The notes: generated by a model not told the origin, from the letters alone. A DNA stretch of 64,000 nt from an uncultured Actinomycetota bacterium (GCA_964515075.1 CAZETE010000002.1:40470-104469); one strand, 5' to 3'; shown: positions 29,565-39,657, counted from the first letter of the stretch. Numbers and translations are program-made.

Positions 29565-30217
29565 CTTCTTTCCCGCTTCTTGAGCTTCCTCTCCAGCCTC
29601 TGCAGGTCGCCCTCGGAAAGCAGCGCGGTTATCACGTCGCCCGCCTCGGGCACGAAGTCCGCCTGCGGGAACAGGGAACGGTCCCCCCGCCTCACCCAGG
29701 CTATGCGCATGCCCATCTCCTCCCGCAGGTATCCCGCCGTCTTCCTCCACTTCCCCGGCCAGTCGAACTCCACGACGTACTGGGTGTTGTTGGCGCATTG
29801 GCCGCGCATCCTCACCAGCGGCCTGTGTATCTTCTCGAGGATGGCCCTCGCCACCAGCTTGGTGCCGCAGACGTAATCGATGCCCAGGGCCTGGTAGGTG
29901 GCCTCCTTGTCCGGGTTGTAGAGGCGGGCGATGATCCGCGGGACCCGGAAGAGCCGGTCCGCCACTTCCGCCGCCATCAGGTTGGCGTTGTCGTAGTTGG
30001 TGACCACCGCGTATACGTCCGCCTCCCTGATCCCCGCGCGCAGCAGCATCTCCTCGTCGAAGGCGCCGCCCTCCAGCGCCGTCCCCCCGTAGACCTTGGA
30101 GAGGCGCTGGAACGCAGCCGGATTCTTGTCGAGAACCGTCACCGCGTGCTTCTCCAGCGAGAGGATGCCCGCCAGCTGGGCCCCCACGCGGCCGCAGCCC
30201 CCGATGATCACCTTCAA
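29546..30217 (-). CDS. trkA: Trk/Ktr system NAD-binding peripheral subunit (paralog 2)
   Basis: TTG start gives (M)KVIIGGCGRVG. The TTGA overlap with the upstream trkA stop indicates coupling. Confidence 0.7.
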   Translation of the reverse strand: MKVIIGGCGRVGAQLAGILSLEKHAVTVLDKNPAAFQRLSKVYGGTALEGGAFDEEMLLRAGIREADVYAVVTNYDNANLMAAEVADRLFRVPRIIARLYNPDKEATYQALGIDYVCGTKLVARAILEKIHRPLVRMRGQCANNTQYVVEFDWPGKWRKTAGYLREEMGMRIAWVRRGDRSLFPQADFVPEAGDVITALLSEGDLQRLERKLKKRERRWGRST

Positions 30218-30903
30218 CCCGACCGCCGCCTCGTCCTCGTCCCCCGGAGCAGGGGCTCTTCCGTCAGGAAGTTCCAGGCGTCGTCGAGACCTTCGTTGTT
30301 CACCGCCAGCACCGCGCGGTCGAACCTGGCCAGGGGGGTGTCGTCCTCCCATTCGATGCGGCGGTTGTCGCGCAGCAGCACCAGCAGGCGGGAGTTCTTG
30401 CCGTCGTTGAGGCGGCCCGCCGGTTCGCCCTCGGCCGCCCCCGGGATGGTCAGCTCGATGACGCGCATGCCCAGGTCCGCCTCCTGGTGCTGGACCAGGA
30501 TGTCCTTCTGCACTATCTTGTCCCGCAGGCGCTCGGCCAGCAGGGTGGTGCCGCAGACGTAATCGATGTTCATCTTGCGAAAGGTGGGCTCCCTGGCCGG
30601 ATCGTAGACGCGGGCCACGACGCGGGGCACCCCGTATACGTTCTGGGCCACTTCCGCCGCCACCAGGTTGGTGTTGTCGGAGTTGGTCACCGCGGCGAAG
30701 GCCTCGGCCCGCTCGATCCCCGCCTCCAGAAGCGTCTCCTCCTCGGAGGCCACCCCCTCCAGGGTGACCCCGTTGAAGGCGGTCCCCAGCCGGCCGAAGG
30801 AGTCGGCGCGGGAGTCGATGACCACCACGTCGTGCCCCTCATACGAGAGGAACAGCCCCAACTGGGAGCCCACCCTGCCGCAGCCGGCCACGATGAAAAG
30901 CAT
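30214..30903 (-). CDS. trkA: Trk/Ktr system NAD-binding peripheral subunit (paralog 3)
   Basis: MLFIVAGCGRVGSQLG Rossmann start. 229 aa. First gene of the trk operon. Confidence 0.75.
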   Translation of the reverse strand: MLFIVAGCGRVGSQLGLFLSYEGHDVVVIDSRADSFGRLGTAFNGVTLEGVASEEETLLEAGIERAEAFAAVTNSDNTNLVAAEVAQNVYGVPRVVARVYDPAREPTFRKMNIDYVCGTTLLAERLRDKIVQKDILVQHQEADLGMRVIELTIPGAAEGEPAGRLNDGKNSRLLVLLRDNRRIEWEDDTPLARFDRAVLAVNNEGLDDAWNFLTEEPLLRGTRTRRRSG

Positions 30904-30980
30904 CGGTCACCCTCCTGCCGGAAAGCCGTGCTGGAGACCCTCTCTCCCGCTGCCGAGCATATCCCCCGCCCCGCCTGAAA

Positions 30981-31865
30981 TCAAGGGCCCTGGCCTCCTT
31001 CGGCTGCCGCCTTCTTATGCTTGGGGGGGATGACGAACCCGCCCTTGCCGGAGGGTCCGGGCATCCCGGTCCGGATCTGGATGCTGTCGGTGGGACAGAC
31101 CGCCGCGCACTCCCCGCAGTCGGTGCACTTCTCGAAGTCGATGACGGCCACGCCGTCCACCACGTGGATGGCGTCGTATTCACAGGCCTTGGCGCATTTC
31201 CCGCAGCCGATGCAGGCCACCTTGCACAGCTCCACGGCCCCCTTCCCGGTGTACTGGGAGCTGCAGCGGACCAGGGTGTTCTGGCCGGCCGGCACCAGCT
31301 GGATGAGGCCGCGCGGGCAGGCGTCGACGCAGAGGCCGCATCCGGTGCACTTGTCCACCTTGACCTCGCGGACGCCCTCCTCGGCGGTCCCGATGGCGTT
31401 GACGGGGCAGGCCTTGGCGCAGTCCTCCAGGCCCAGGCAGCCGAAGGGGCAGGCCTTGCCGCCCCCCGCGGCCAGCTGCGCGCCGCGGCAGGAATTGACC
31501 CCCTCGTAGAAGGCCAGCCGGGGAGAGACCGACTCGCCTCCCCGGCAGCGGACGTGGGCGACCTGCCTGGCAAGGCCGCGCGCTTCCACGCCCATGACCG
31601 CGGCCACGGCCTCGGCGGTGTCCGGACCCCCGGCCCTGCACATGGTGACCGGCGCCTCCCCGTCGACGATGGCCTCGGCCGCGGCCTCGCAGCCGGGCAG
31701 CCCGCAGGCCCCGCAGTTGGAGCCGGGCAGTACCGCCAGGACCTCCTCCACCCGCTCGTCCACCTCCACGCGGAAGCGGGAGAAGGCCACGGCCAGCAGG
31801 GCGCCGAAGAGCAGCCCCAGGCCCGAGAGGGCGGCCGCCGCTTTCAAGATGAGCGAATAGTCCAT
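30981..31865 (-). CDS. rnfB: Rnf electron-transport complex subunit B (polyferredoxin)
   Basis: N-terminal membrane helix, then CGACGLPGC and several CxxCxxCxxxCP clusters. Confidence 0.8.
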   Translation of the reverse strand: MDYSLILKAAAALSGLGLLFGALLAVAFSRFRVEVDERVEEVLAVLPGSNCGACGLPGCEAAAEAIVDGEAPVTMCRAGGPDTAEAVAAVMGVEARGLARQVAHVRCRGGESVSPRLAFYEGVNSCRGAQLAAGGGKACPFGCLGLEDCAKACPVNAIGTAEEGVREVKVDKCTGCGLCVDACPRGLIQLVPAGQNTLVRCSSQYTGKGAVELCKVACIGCGKCAKACEYDAIHVVDGVAVIDFEKCTDCGECAAVCPTDSIQIRTGMPGPSGKGGFVIPPKHKKAAAEGGQGP

Positions 31866-31876
31866 CCCCCGGCTCC

Positions 31877-32500
31877 TTAAAGGTCGAACATCCCCGCGAA
31901 GCCCATGAAGGCCAGGGAGAAGAGGGCGGCGGCGATGAAGGCGATGGGCACCCCGCGGAAGGGCTTGGGCACCGGCGCCAGGTCGATGCGCTCGCGCATG
32001 GCGGCGAAGATGATGAGCACCGCCGAGAACCCCACCGCGATGCCCAGCGTATATACGACGGACTCCAGGAATCCGTAGCTGTAGCCTATGTTCAGCTTGG
32101 TGAAGAACCCGGGCTTGACGCTCTCGGTGGCCGCCGCCAGCACCGCGCAGTTGGTGGTGATGAGCGGCAGGTAGATGCCCATGGCCTTGTACAGCGGCGG
32201 GCTGGTCTTCTTGATGACCATCTCCACGAACTGCACCAGGCTGGCGATGATCAGGATGAACGCCGGGATGTACAGGAACTGCCCCACCCCCAGGGGGTCC
32301 AGCACGTAGTTCCAGGCCAGCCAGGAGGCCGAGGTGGCCATGACCATCACGAAGATGACCGAGATGCTCATGCCGATGGAGGTCTGCAGCCTGTTGGAGA
32401 TGCCGAAGAAGGGGCAGAGGGCGATGAAGCGGATGAGCAGGATGTTGTAGACCAGGGCGGCGCCCAAAAAGAGCAGGAAGTACCTCCAGAGCTCGTGCAC
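31877..32500 (-). CDS. rnfA: Rnf complex subunit A
   Basis: 207-aa six-helix membrane protein. NQR_DE/RnfAE family (LPLITTNCAVL). Confidence 0.8.
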   Translation of the reverse strand: MHELWRYFLLFLGAALVYNILLIRFIALCPFFGISNRLQTSIGMSISVIFVMVMATSASWLAWNYVLDPLGVGQFLYIPAFILIIASLVQFVEMVIKKTSPPLYKAMGIYLPLITTNCAVLAAATESVKPGFFTKLNIGYSYGFLESVVYTLGIAVGFSAVLIIFAAMRERIDLAPVPKPFRGVPIAFIAAALFSLAFMGFAGMFDL

Positions 32501-32501
32501 G

Positions 32502-33215
32502 CTACTCCTCCTCCTCGGGTTTCCTGCGGTCGTTGTACCACTGCAGCAGGGCCAGGAGCATGGCGAAGGTGATGAAGGCGCCGGGGAACATCACCAGAAT
32601 GACCGGCATGGAGTTGCTGCCGATGTCGATGACGGCGGAGTCGCCGAAGACGATCCTGCCGGTTCCCAAAAGCTCGCGGAAGACGCTCATGACCAGCAGG
32701 ACGCAGGTGTAGCCCAGGCCCAGGCCCAGGCCGTCCAGGAAGGCGAAGGAGACCTTGTTGGTGTAGGCGTAGCCCTCCGCCCGGGCCAGGATGATGCAGT
32801 TGACCACGATGAGGGGGATCCACACCCCGAGCTGGTCGTAGATGGGCTTGAAGAATCCCTTGAGCACCAGGTCGACGATGGTCACGAAGGAGGCGATGAC
32901 CACGATGAAGATGGGGATGCGGATCTGGTCGGGGATGAGGCGGCGGATGAGGGAGATGATCACGTTGGAGCAGGTGAGCACGAAGATCACGGACAGTCCC
33001 ATGAAGACGCTGTTCTCCACGCTGGTGGAGATGGCCAGGGCCGAGCAGAGGCCCACCATCAGCACCAGCAGCGGGTTGGTGTGGATGAAGCCCTTGGTGA
33101 ACTCACGCAGGTACCCGCCGGACCCCTTCTCCTTGCCCGGCTGCCTGGCGGTCCCGGCCTCCTCCGCGGTTTCGAGCCCGGGGCTCTCCTCCGCCCTGTT
33201 CCCTTCCTCGTTCAT
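32502..33215 (-). CDS. rnfE: Rnf complex subunit E
   Basis: Paralog of RnfA (GVWIPLIVVNCIIL) in the canonical position. Confidence 0.8.
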   Translation of the reverse strand: MNEEGNRAEESPGLETAEEAGTARQPGKEKGSGGYLREFTKGFIHTNPLLVLMVGLCSALAISTSVENSVFMGLSVIFVLTCSNVIISLIRRLIPDQIRIPIFIVVIASFVTIVDLVLKGFFKPIYDQLGVWIPLIVVNCIILARAEGYAYTNKVSFAFLDGLGLGLGYTCVLLVMSVFRELLGTGRIVFGDSAVIDIGSNSMPVILVMFPGAFITFAMLLALLQWYNDRRKPEEEE

Positions 33216-33844
33216 CTCCGTTGCTTCCCCTCATCTATCGCTTCGAAGGCCTCCAGCGCCAGGTTCACCCCGTTGAGGATGCCGTTGGAGGTGAAGGTGG
33301 CGCCGGTCCAGGCGTCCAGCTCCTCCTCACCCAGGCGCAGGGGGCCCGGCCCCCGGCCTTCGTACCCGGCCAGGTAGTCCGCGCTTGCGGTCGGCGCCGA
33401 CCCGATGCCGGGCGTCTCTTCCTGCTTGACCACGGTGACCGCGATGACCTTCCCCTTCCCGTCCACGCCCACGGCCATGGTCATGAAGTTGTAGCCCTTG
33501 GCCTTGAGCACGAAGGCGTAGCCGTCCGTCGAGCCGGAGGCGCCCTCGCCCCGGAAGACGCTGATCACGTTCTCCTCCAGGCTCTCCGAGCCCCCCTTGA
33601 CCGCCTCGAGCAGCTCGCCGTCCTCGAAGGCTTCCAGGCCGGCGGCCTCGAGCACCTTGCGGGCCCCCTCCTCCTTCTCTTCCTGTTCCATCCGCTCGAT
33701 GTTGCTCTTGACCGCCCCGTAGGTCAGCCCCAGGCCGGCCGCCGCCACGGCGCAGACCACCAGCAGCCGCAGGCCGAAGTTGCAGACGTCGCCCCACAGG
33801 CCCTCTTCCCGGCCCCGCTCCACCTTCCCGCCTTCCTGCATCAT
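33212..33844 (-). CDS. rnfG: Rnf complex subunit G (FMN-binding)
   Basis: TM anchor plus an FMN_bind domain (TGATFTSNGILNGV). The ATG at 33844 overlaps the rnfD stop. The ORF-track 5' extension was rejected. Confidence 0.75.
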   Translation of the reverse strand: MMQEGGKVERGREEGLWGDVCNFGLRLLVVCAVAAAGLGLTYGAVKSNIERMEQEEKEEGARKVLEAAGLEAFEDGELLEAVKGGSESLEENVISVFRGEGASGSTDGYAFVLKAKGYNFMTMAVGVDGKGKVIAVTVVKQEETPGIGSAPTASADYLAGYEGRGPGPLRLGEEELDAWTGATFTSNGILNGVNLALEAFEAIDEGKQRR

Positions 33845-34869
33845 GCCTCCACCGCCTCCTTCCCTGCCCGCACGCGGCCGTAGGTGCGCGGCATCACGAA
33901 GCGGTCGATCAGGGGCACCAGCGCGTTCATGAAGAGGATGGAGAACATCACCGCCTCCGGGTTGTTGGACCAGAACCTGAGCAGGAAGGTGGCGAGCCCC
34001 AGGCCCATCCCGTAGATGACCTTGCCCTTGCCGGAGAGGGGGCTGGTGGTGTAATCGGTGGCCATGAAGACGGCCCCCAGCAGCAGGCCTCCCGCCAGGG
34101 TGTAGAAGAGGGGGTCGCGCCCGGAGACGGCCGTGAGCGCGGCCACCGTGGCCAGGTAGGTGAAGGGGATCTTCCAGTCGATGACCCGGGTGGCGATGAG
34201 GTAGAGGCCCCCCAGGATGAGCAGGGCCGCCGAGACCTCGCCCATGCACCCCCAGGGGTTGGCGAAAAGTAACGGTTTGTAATAATTAGAGGCCTGCACC
34301 TGCGGCACCGCCACGGCTCCCGCCGGGTCGTAGACGATCTTCATGGCCGCCAGGGGGGTGGCGCCGTTGACCGCCTCCACCGCCTGCTGGATGGCCTGGT
34401 GGGTCCCGGTGTGGGCCAGCCCGATGGCCGCGCTCTTCGCGTAGTTCTGGGTCATGTAGGAGGCCCAGGAGACGAAGACCACCGCGCGCCCGACCAGGGC
34501 GGGGTTGAAGATGTTGTGGCCCAGCCCGCCGAACATCTGCTTGGCCAGGATGGTGGCGGCCAAGCCCCCGACCAGGGCTATCCACCAGGGGAGGTGGGGG
34601 GGGAGGGTCAGCGCCAGCAGCAGGCCGGTGAGCAGCGCGCTCAAGTCGTTCAGGGTGACCGGCAGGCGCCGCCCCTTCTGCATCAACAGCTCGCCCAGGA
34701 GGGCTCCGCCGATGCAGGAGGCAAGCACGTAGGCGGCGGAGAGGCCGAAGATGACCACGGCGTAGGCGGCCACCGGCAGCAGGGCCACGATCACCCTGAG
34801 CATTATCTTCTGGGTGGAATCGCTCGCCCGGATGTGCGGGGAGGTGGAGACCACCAGCCTATGCTCCAT
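33841..34869 (-). CDS. rnfD: Rnf complex subunit D
   Basis: MEHRLVVSTSPHIRA (SSPH motif). Polytopic NQR2/RnfD family. Alternative GTG at 34887. Confidence 0.8.
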   Translation of the reverse strand: MEHRLVVSTSPHIRASDSTQKIMLRVIVALLPVAAYAVVIFGLSAAYVLASCIGGALLGELLMQKGRRLPVTLNDLSALLTGLLLALTLPPHLPWWIALVGGLAATILAKQMFGGLGHNIFNPALVGRAVVFVSWASYMTQNYAKSAAIGLAHTGTHQAIQQAVEAVNGATPLAAMKIVYDPAGAVAVPQVQASNYYKPLLFANPWGCMGEVSAALLILGGLYLIATRVIDWKIPFTYLATVAALTAVSGRDPLFYTLAGGLLLGAVFMATDYTTSPLSGKGKVIYGMGLGLATFLLRFWSNNPEAVMFSILFMNALVPLIDRFVMPRTYGRVRAGKEAVEA

Positions 34870-36265
34870 CGGTCTCACCCCCGTCACCCGGCTCCGGGCC
34901 CTGCGGCGCGGCCTCCCTCCGCAGGGCCAGCGAGCGCTCCTTGTACCTGGCCGCCTCGGCCTTGCCCAGCTTGATGAGCTGCACCAGGGGGTTGCGGGTG
35001 GGGCAGATGTAGGCGCAGCACCCGCACTCTATGCAGTCGTTGACCTTGAGCCGCTCCAGCTCCGGGAGCCTGCCGAAGTAGGAGTAGTTGGCCAGGTAGG
35101 TGGGGACCAGCCCCATGGGGCAGGCCTTGACGCAGCGCCCGCAGCGGATGCACACCGGCTCGCCGGGGGCCTGGTAGGCGACCTCCTCGGGGGAGAGGGC
35201 CAGGATGCCCGAGGTGCCCTTGATCACCGGCACCTCCAGGGTGTACTGGGCCAGGCCCATCATGGGCCCGCCCATGATCACTTTGCCGGGAGGGGAGAGG
35301 AACCCCCCGCAGGCCTCCACCGCCGCGGCGAAGCTGGACCCCAGCGGCACCAGCAGGTTGGCCGGCTCCCTGACGGCCGAGCCGGAGACGGTGACCACCC
35401 GCCTGACCAGGGGCATGCCCGTGCGGAAGTACTCGGCGACGGCGGCGGCTGTGCCCACGTTGCAGACCAACACCCCCACCTCCATGGGCAGGCCGCCCGA
35501 AGGCACCTCCTTGCCGGTGACCGTATCTATGAGGACCTTCTCGGCCCCCTGGGGGTAGCGGGTGCGCACCTTCACCACCCGTATGTTCTCGTCCCCGCCC
35601 GCCTTCTTCAGGGCCTCGACGGCCTCCTTCTTGTTGCCCTCGACGGCCACCACGCCCCGTTCCGCCCCCACCGTGCGCATGATGATGCGCAGCCCTTCCA
35701 GGACCTCCTCGCCCCTCTCCAGCATCAGGCGGTTGTCGGAGTTGAGGTAGGGCTCGCACTCCGCCCCGTTGACGATGACCGTGTCGATGGGGCTGCCGGA
35801 CGGCGGGTTGAGCTTGACGTGGGTGGGGAAGGTGGCCCCTCCCAGGCCCACCACGCCCGCCGCGCGGATGGCCGAACGGATCTCGTCCGGGCCCATCTCC
35901 CGCCAGTCGCCGGGGGGCTCCAGCGCGGGATCGGGCCGGTATTCCCCGTCGTTCTCGATGATCACCGCCGGGGCCTCCCTGCCCAGGGGATTGGGGTGGG
36001 GAGCCACCTTGACCACCCGGCCCGAGACGCTGGCGTGGACGGGCGAGGAGACGTAGGCGTCGGTGTCTCCCAGGACCGTGCCCACGCAGACCCGGTCTCC
36101 CCTGCCGACCCTGGGCCGGTTGGGGGCGCCGAGATGCTGCTGCAGCGGTATGGCCACCCTGGCGGGGGCGTCCATGGGGCGGATGGGCTTGCCGGAGGTG
36201 AGGCCCTTGTTGTCCGGCGGGTGGACCCCTGCGTTCCACCGAAGCAGGCTGCTCAGTTTCTTCAT
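34859..36265 (-). CDS. rnfC: Rnf complex subunit C (NADH-binding, 2x[4Fe-4S])
   Basis: 468 aa. Has CIRCGRCVKACP and CIECGCCAYICP clusters and an RnfC-type NAD/FMN region. Confidence 0.85.
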   Translation of the reverse strand: MKKLSSLLRWNAGVHPPDNKGLTSGKPIRPMDAPARVAIPLQQHLGAPNRPRVGRGDRVCVGTVLGDTDAYVSSPVHASVSGRVVKVAPHPNPLGREAPAVIIENDGEYRPDPALEPPGDWREMGPDEIRSAIRAAGVVGLGGATFPTHVKLNPPSGSPIDTVIVNGAECEPYLNSDNRLMLERGEEVLEGLRIIMRTVGAERGVVAVEGNKKEAVEALKKAGGDENIRVVKVRTRYPQGAEKVLIDTVTGKEVPSGGLPMEVGVLVCNVGTAAAVAEYFRTGMPLVRRVVTVSGSAVREPANLLVPLGSSFAAAVEACGGFLSPPGKVIMGGPMMGLAQYTLEVPVIKGTSGILALSPEEVAYQAPGEPVCIRCGRCVKACPMGLVPTYLANYSYFGRLPELERLKVNDCIECGCCAYICPTRNPLVQLIKLGKAEAARYKERSLALRREAAPQGPEPGDGGETDGA

Positions 36266-36463
36266 CTCAGGTTCCCGTGTTCTTTTCGTCCCAGCCCGGC
36301 TGAACGCGGCGGCGTATCATGTCGCGCCCCTCTAGCCGTCTTCTCAAAGACATATTCTTACACCCTCGGGCATTTCAAGTCCATACTCCCGCGGGATGAA
36401 ACGGGATCAAGGCGGGGCCCCGGCGAGTTGGGAACCGCGCCGGCCATGCGCTAGAATCAAGGC

Positions 36464-36907
36464 ATGGATTGTACGGGAACGGTGGAGAGGGTCGAGGGCG
36501 GGCGCGCCGTCGTGCGGGTGGACCGGACCGCCTGCGGGAAGTGCCGGGCCTGCGGCATGCTCTCCGACAACCGGCGGGAGGAGGTGGAGTTCGAGGTCCT
36601 CAACCGCTTGGGCGCCGCCCCGGGGGACCTGGTCACCCTGCGCATCGCCGCGGGCCGGGTGTTCCGCGCCTACCTGTGGGTCTTCGGGCTGCCGGTGGCC
36701 GCCATGGTCCTGGGCTACCTGCTGGGGGCCTGGGCCGCATCCCCCCTCCTCGGCGCCGGGGCCGAGGGCGCCGGGGTGGCGGCGGCCCTGGCGGCAGGGG
36801 TCCTGTCCTTCCTGGGGTGCCTGCGCCTGACCAACCGCATGGACCTCGACCCCCGCATGCAGGCCTTCGCGGAAGGGCCCGCCGCCCCGTCCGGCGAGAC
36901 CCCCTGA
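36464..36907 (+). CDS. rseC: RseC/MucC-family protein (SoxR-reducing system / Rnf-associated)
   Basis: 147 aa with an N-terminal Cys motif (CGKCRACG) and two TM helices. Divergent from rnfC. TAGAAT sits 6 nt before the ATG, so the transcript is possibly leaderless. Confidence 0.65.
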   Translation: MDCTGTVERVEGGRAVVRVDRTACGKCRACGMLSDNRREEVEFEVLNRLGAAPGDLVTLRIAAGRVFRAYLWVFGLPVAAMVLGYLLGAWAASPLLGAGAEGAGVAAALAAGVLSFLGCLRLTNRMDLDPRMQAFAEGPAAPSGETP

Positions 36908-36914
36908 CCGCCGC

Positions 36915-38063
36915 TCAGCGCGAAAGGAGGGGGTCCTTCATCAGGCTCAGCAGCTTCCCCTTACGCAGCAGCCCCGCGCGGGGGTCTGCAACCTCCACGA
37001 CGGCCTCGATGTTCTCCGGGGAGAAGACCTCCTGCAGCGCCAGGTCGACGATGCGCCCGAAGATGCGCCGGTAGGCCTCGCAGTAAGGGTCACGCGGGCT
37101 GCCGCAGAACCCGCCCGCCGCCAGTGCGTTGTAGGGGCAGCCTCCCCGGCAGTACCGCAGGTGGGCGCAGCCGGCGCACGCCTCCTCGACGCTTTCCTGG
37201 CGGGACTCCAGCGCGCGCCAGGCCGGAGCCCGGCGCAGCGCCTCCGGCGAGGGCCGGTCAAGGACGCTGCCCACCCGCCACTCCGGATCCGCCGCGAAAC
37301 GCTGGCACGGGAAGATGCCGCCGTCCGGCCCCACTGCCAGGTAGCCGCCGAGGCAGTCCGCGAAGACGCAGGTGCCGCCGCGGCCGGCCGAGACGCCGCG
37401 GCAGAGCGAATCCAGGGTGCCGATCCTCACCCTTGCGGGGTCCTCCAGGTAGCGGTCGAGCATCTCCACCAGCAGCTCCCCGTAGGCCCGCGGGCTCAGG
37501 GCGAGGCCGCCCGCGCCGCCGCGGCCCACCCCCGGCAGGGCCGGTCGGATGGTGAATCCCAGCCCCTCCCGGGCGAAGAACTCCAGCACCTCCTCGGCGC
37601 GGCGGGCCGAGTCCGCGGTGAAGGTGCAGACGCAGCCTACCTCCAGCCCGCGGGAGCGGGCTAGTTCGATGCCCTCCATCGTGCGGCGGAAGTGGCCCGC
37701 CCCGCGCTGGAGGTCGTTGACGGCCTCGGGCCCGTCGAGGCTGGTGCCGATGGAGACCCCGTGGGCGGCCAGGATCTCGCAGAGCTCGCCGGTCAGCAGC
37801 CAGAGGTTGCTCTGCAGGAAGAAACGCGGGCGGCACGGTCCCAGGCCGCCGGCGAGCCTCTCCAGCGCCATCCGGAAATACCCGGGGCCGGCCGTGAGCG
37901 GCTCGCCCCCGTGGAAGGCCACGTCCAGGCCGCCCTCCCAGCCCAGGGAGCCTGCCCAGACCGCGATGCCCTCGACGACGGCCCGGTCCATGGCCGGCCC
38001 CGCGCGCTTGGGCCCGAAGCAGTAATCGCAGTCCGCCGGGCACGCCAGCGAGGGCAGGACCAT
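36915..38063 (-). CDS. radical SAM enzyme with C-terminal SPASM domain (anSME-like)
   Basis: CPADCDYC (Cx3Cx2C) and GGEPL. C-terminal auxiliary-cluster cysteines (CQRF...CAGCAHLRYCRGGC). ATG at 38063 has GAAGGA upstream; the ORF-track GTG at 38102 is also possible. Confidence 0.7.
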   Translation of the reverse strand: MVLPSLACPADCDYCFGPKRAGPAMDRAVVEGIAVWAGSLGWEGGLDVAFHGGEPLTAGPGYFRMALERLAGGLGPCRPRFFLQSNLWLLTGELCEILAAHGVSIGTSLDGPEAVNDLQRGAGHFRRTMEGIELARSRGLEVGCVCTFTADSARRAEEVLEFFAREGLGFTIRPALPGVGRGGAGGLALSPRAYGELLVEMLDRYLEDPARVRIGTLDSLCRGVSAGRGGTCVFADCLGGYLAVGPDGGIFPCQRFAADPEWRVGSVLDRPSPEALRRAPAWRALESRQESVEEACAGCAHLRYCRGGCPYNALAAGGFCGSPRDPYCEAYRRIFGRIVDLALQEVFSPENIEAVVEVADPRAGLLRKGKLLSLMKDPLLSR

Positions 38064-38103
38064 GAGCGTCCTTCTCGTCCCCGCGCCGGTGAGGGCCGCC
38101 ACT

Positions 38104-39657
38104 TCAGAAGCCTATGCCTATGCCCGTGTCCTCGTGCGGGCCGGCGGCGTATCCGTCGTAGTGCCGCTCGTTCATCCTCGACCTCTGCGCCAGGATGAGC
38201 CCCTTGCCGTCCTCGCCTATGCGGCCGCCTTCGTACATGGCCACCAGGGCCGCCGCCGCCGCCTTGCGGGTACTCCAGCGCCTGTCCTTGAGCCTCTCGA
38301 TCAGCGGCTCCACCGCCCGGTCGTCCCCGATCCTGCCCAGGGCCTCGGCCGCCTTCTCGCGCACGGAAGGGCGGGCGTTGTCCTCCAGGGCCTCCAGCAG
38401 CGCGTCGACGGCCCGGTCGCCGCCGATCCTGCCCAGGGCCTCGGCCGCCTTCTCGCGCACCCCCTCGTCCTCGGCGCCGTCCGCCAGCGCCGCCGCCAGC
38501 GGCCCCACCGCCTCTCCGCCGCCGGCCTGGCCCAGGATCCGGGCGGCCCGCCGCCGGACGTCCAGGTTACCGCTCATAAAAGCATCCATCAGCGCCGCGC
38601 ACGCCTCCTCGCCCCCCGCCCGGCCCAGGGCCTCCAGGGCATACTCGCAGACCGCCCAGTCGTCGTCCTCGAGCGCCTCCGCCAGCGCCGCGCACGCCTC
38701 CTCGCTCCCTATCCTTCCCAGCGATCTCGCGGCCTTTCTGCGCACGTCCCTGTTCTCGTCCCCCAGCGCCCGCTTGAGCGGCCCGCAGGCCCTCTCCCCC
38801 CCGATCTTGCCGAAGGCCCTGGCGGCCGTTTCGCGCACGGCCGGATCCTCGTCGTCCAGCGCTTCCGCTAGGGGCCCGCAGGCCCTCTCCCCCCCGATCT
38901 CGCCCAGCGCGCCGGCGGCCGCGCTCCGCACTTCCGCGTCGGCGTCCTTGAGCGCCTCCGCCAGCACCTCCACGGCCCGCTCCTTGCCGATATCCCCCAG
39001 GACCCTGGCGGTCGTCTCGCGCACCTCCGACTCCTCGTCCTTGTAGGCCTGGATGAGCGCCTCGATGGCCTTGCTGCCGCCGATCCTGCCCAGGGCCTTG
39101 GCGGCCGCCTCGCGCAGGTACTTCTTTTTGTCGTGCAGCACGGCGATGAGCGGCTCCACCGAGGCGGTGCCGAAGGCGACGCAGCTGTCCCAGTCCCGCT
39201 TGGCTATCCAGTAAGCCAGGCGCTGATCCCGCTGGTAAGGCTTCCACTTCATGCCGTCCAGGGTCCTGGCCGCGGCCTCGCGCACCTCCGCGTCCTCGTC
39301 GCTGAGCGCCGCCGTGAGCACCTCGATGGCCCGGTCCTTGCCGATCTCCCCCAGGACCCTGGCGGTCCTCTCCCGCACGTCCGCGCCCTCTTCCTTGTAA
39401 GACCGGATGAGCGCCTCCACGGCCCGGTCGCCGCCGATCCTGCCCAGGGCCGTCGCGGCCGCGTCGCGCACCTCCCGGTGGCGGTCCCTCAACGCCCCCA
39501 TGAGCGGCTTCACCGCCCTTTCGTCGCCCAGCGCACCCAGGGCCCTGGCGGCCTTTCTGCGCACGTCCCAGCGCCTGTTCCGGAGCGCGTCCGCCAGTCT
39601 CCTGACGTCCCCGCGCGCCTCCAGCTTCTCTATGTCCGGCTGCCCGAAAAGTCCCAT
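38104..39657 (-). CDS. HEAT-repeat (PBS-lyase-type) protein
   Basis: About 14 repeats of ...VRxxAAxALGxIGxxxAVExL... starting MGLFGQPDIEKLEARGD. GGGAGAAGG precedes the ATG at 39657. A TATAAT box lies at ~39729-39734 on the minus strand. Confidence 0.7.
   Translation of the reverse strand: MGLFGQPDIEKLEARGDVRRLADALRNRRWDVRRKAARALGALGDERAVKPLMGALRDRHREVRDAAATALGRIGGDRAVEALIRSYKEEGADVRERTARVLGEIGKDRAIEVLTAALSDEDAEVREAAARTLDGMKWKPYQRDQRLAYWIAKRDWDSCVAFGTASVEPLIAVLHDKKKYLREAAAKALGRIGGSKAIEALIQAYKDEESEVRETTARVLGDIGKERAVEVLAEALKDADAEVRSAAAGALGEIGGERACGPLAEALDDEDPAVRETAARAFGKIGGERACGPLKRALGDENRDVRRKAARSLGRIGSEEACAALAEALEDDDWAVCEYALEALGRAGGEEACAALMDAFMSGNLDVRRRAARILGQAGGGEAVGPLAAALADGAEDEGVREKAAEALGRIGGDRAVDALLEALEDNARPSVREKAAEALGRIGDDRAVEPLIERLKDRRWSTRKAAAAALVAMYEGGRIGEDGKGLILAQRSRMNERHYDGYAAGPHEDTGIGIGF

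Noticed and set aside
30904-30980. Possible c-di-AMP (ydaO-type) riboswitch upstream of the trk operon
   Set aside because: The leader is only ~40-75 nt and lacks the long pseudo-symmetric ydaO architecture. Only a weak TTGATT-N17-TATGCT promoter is visible.
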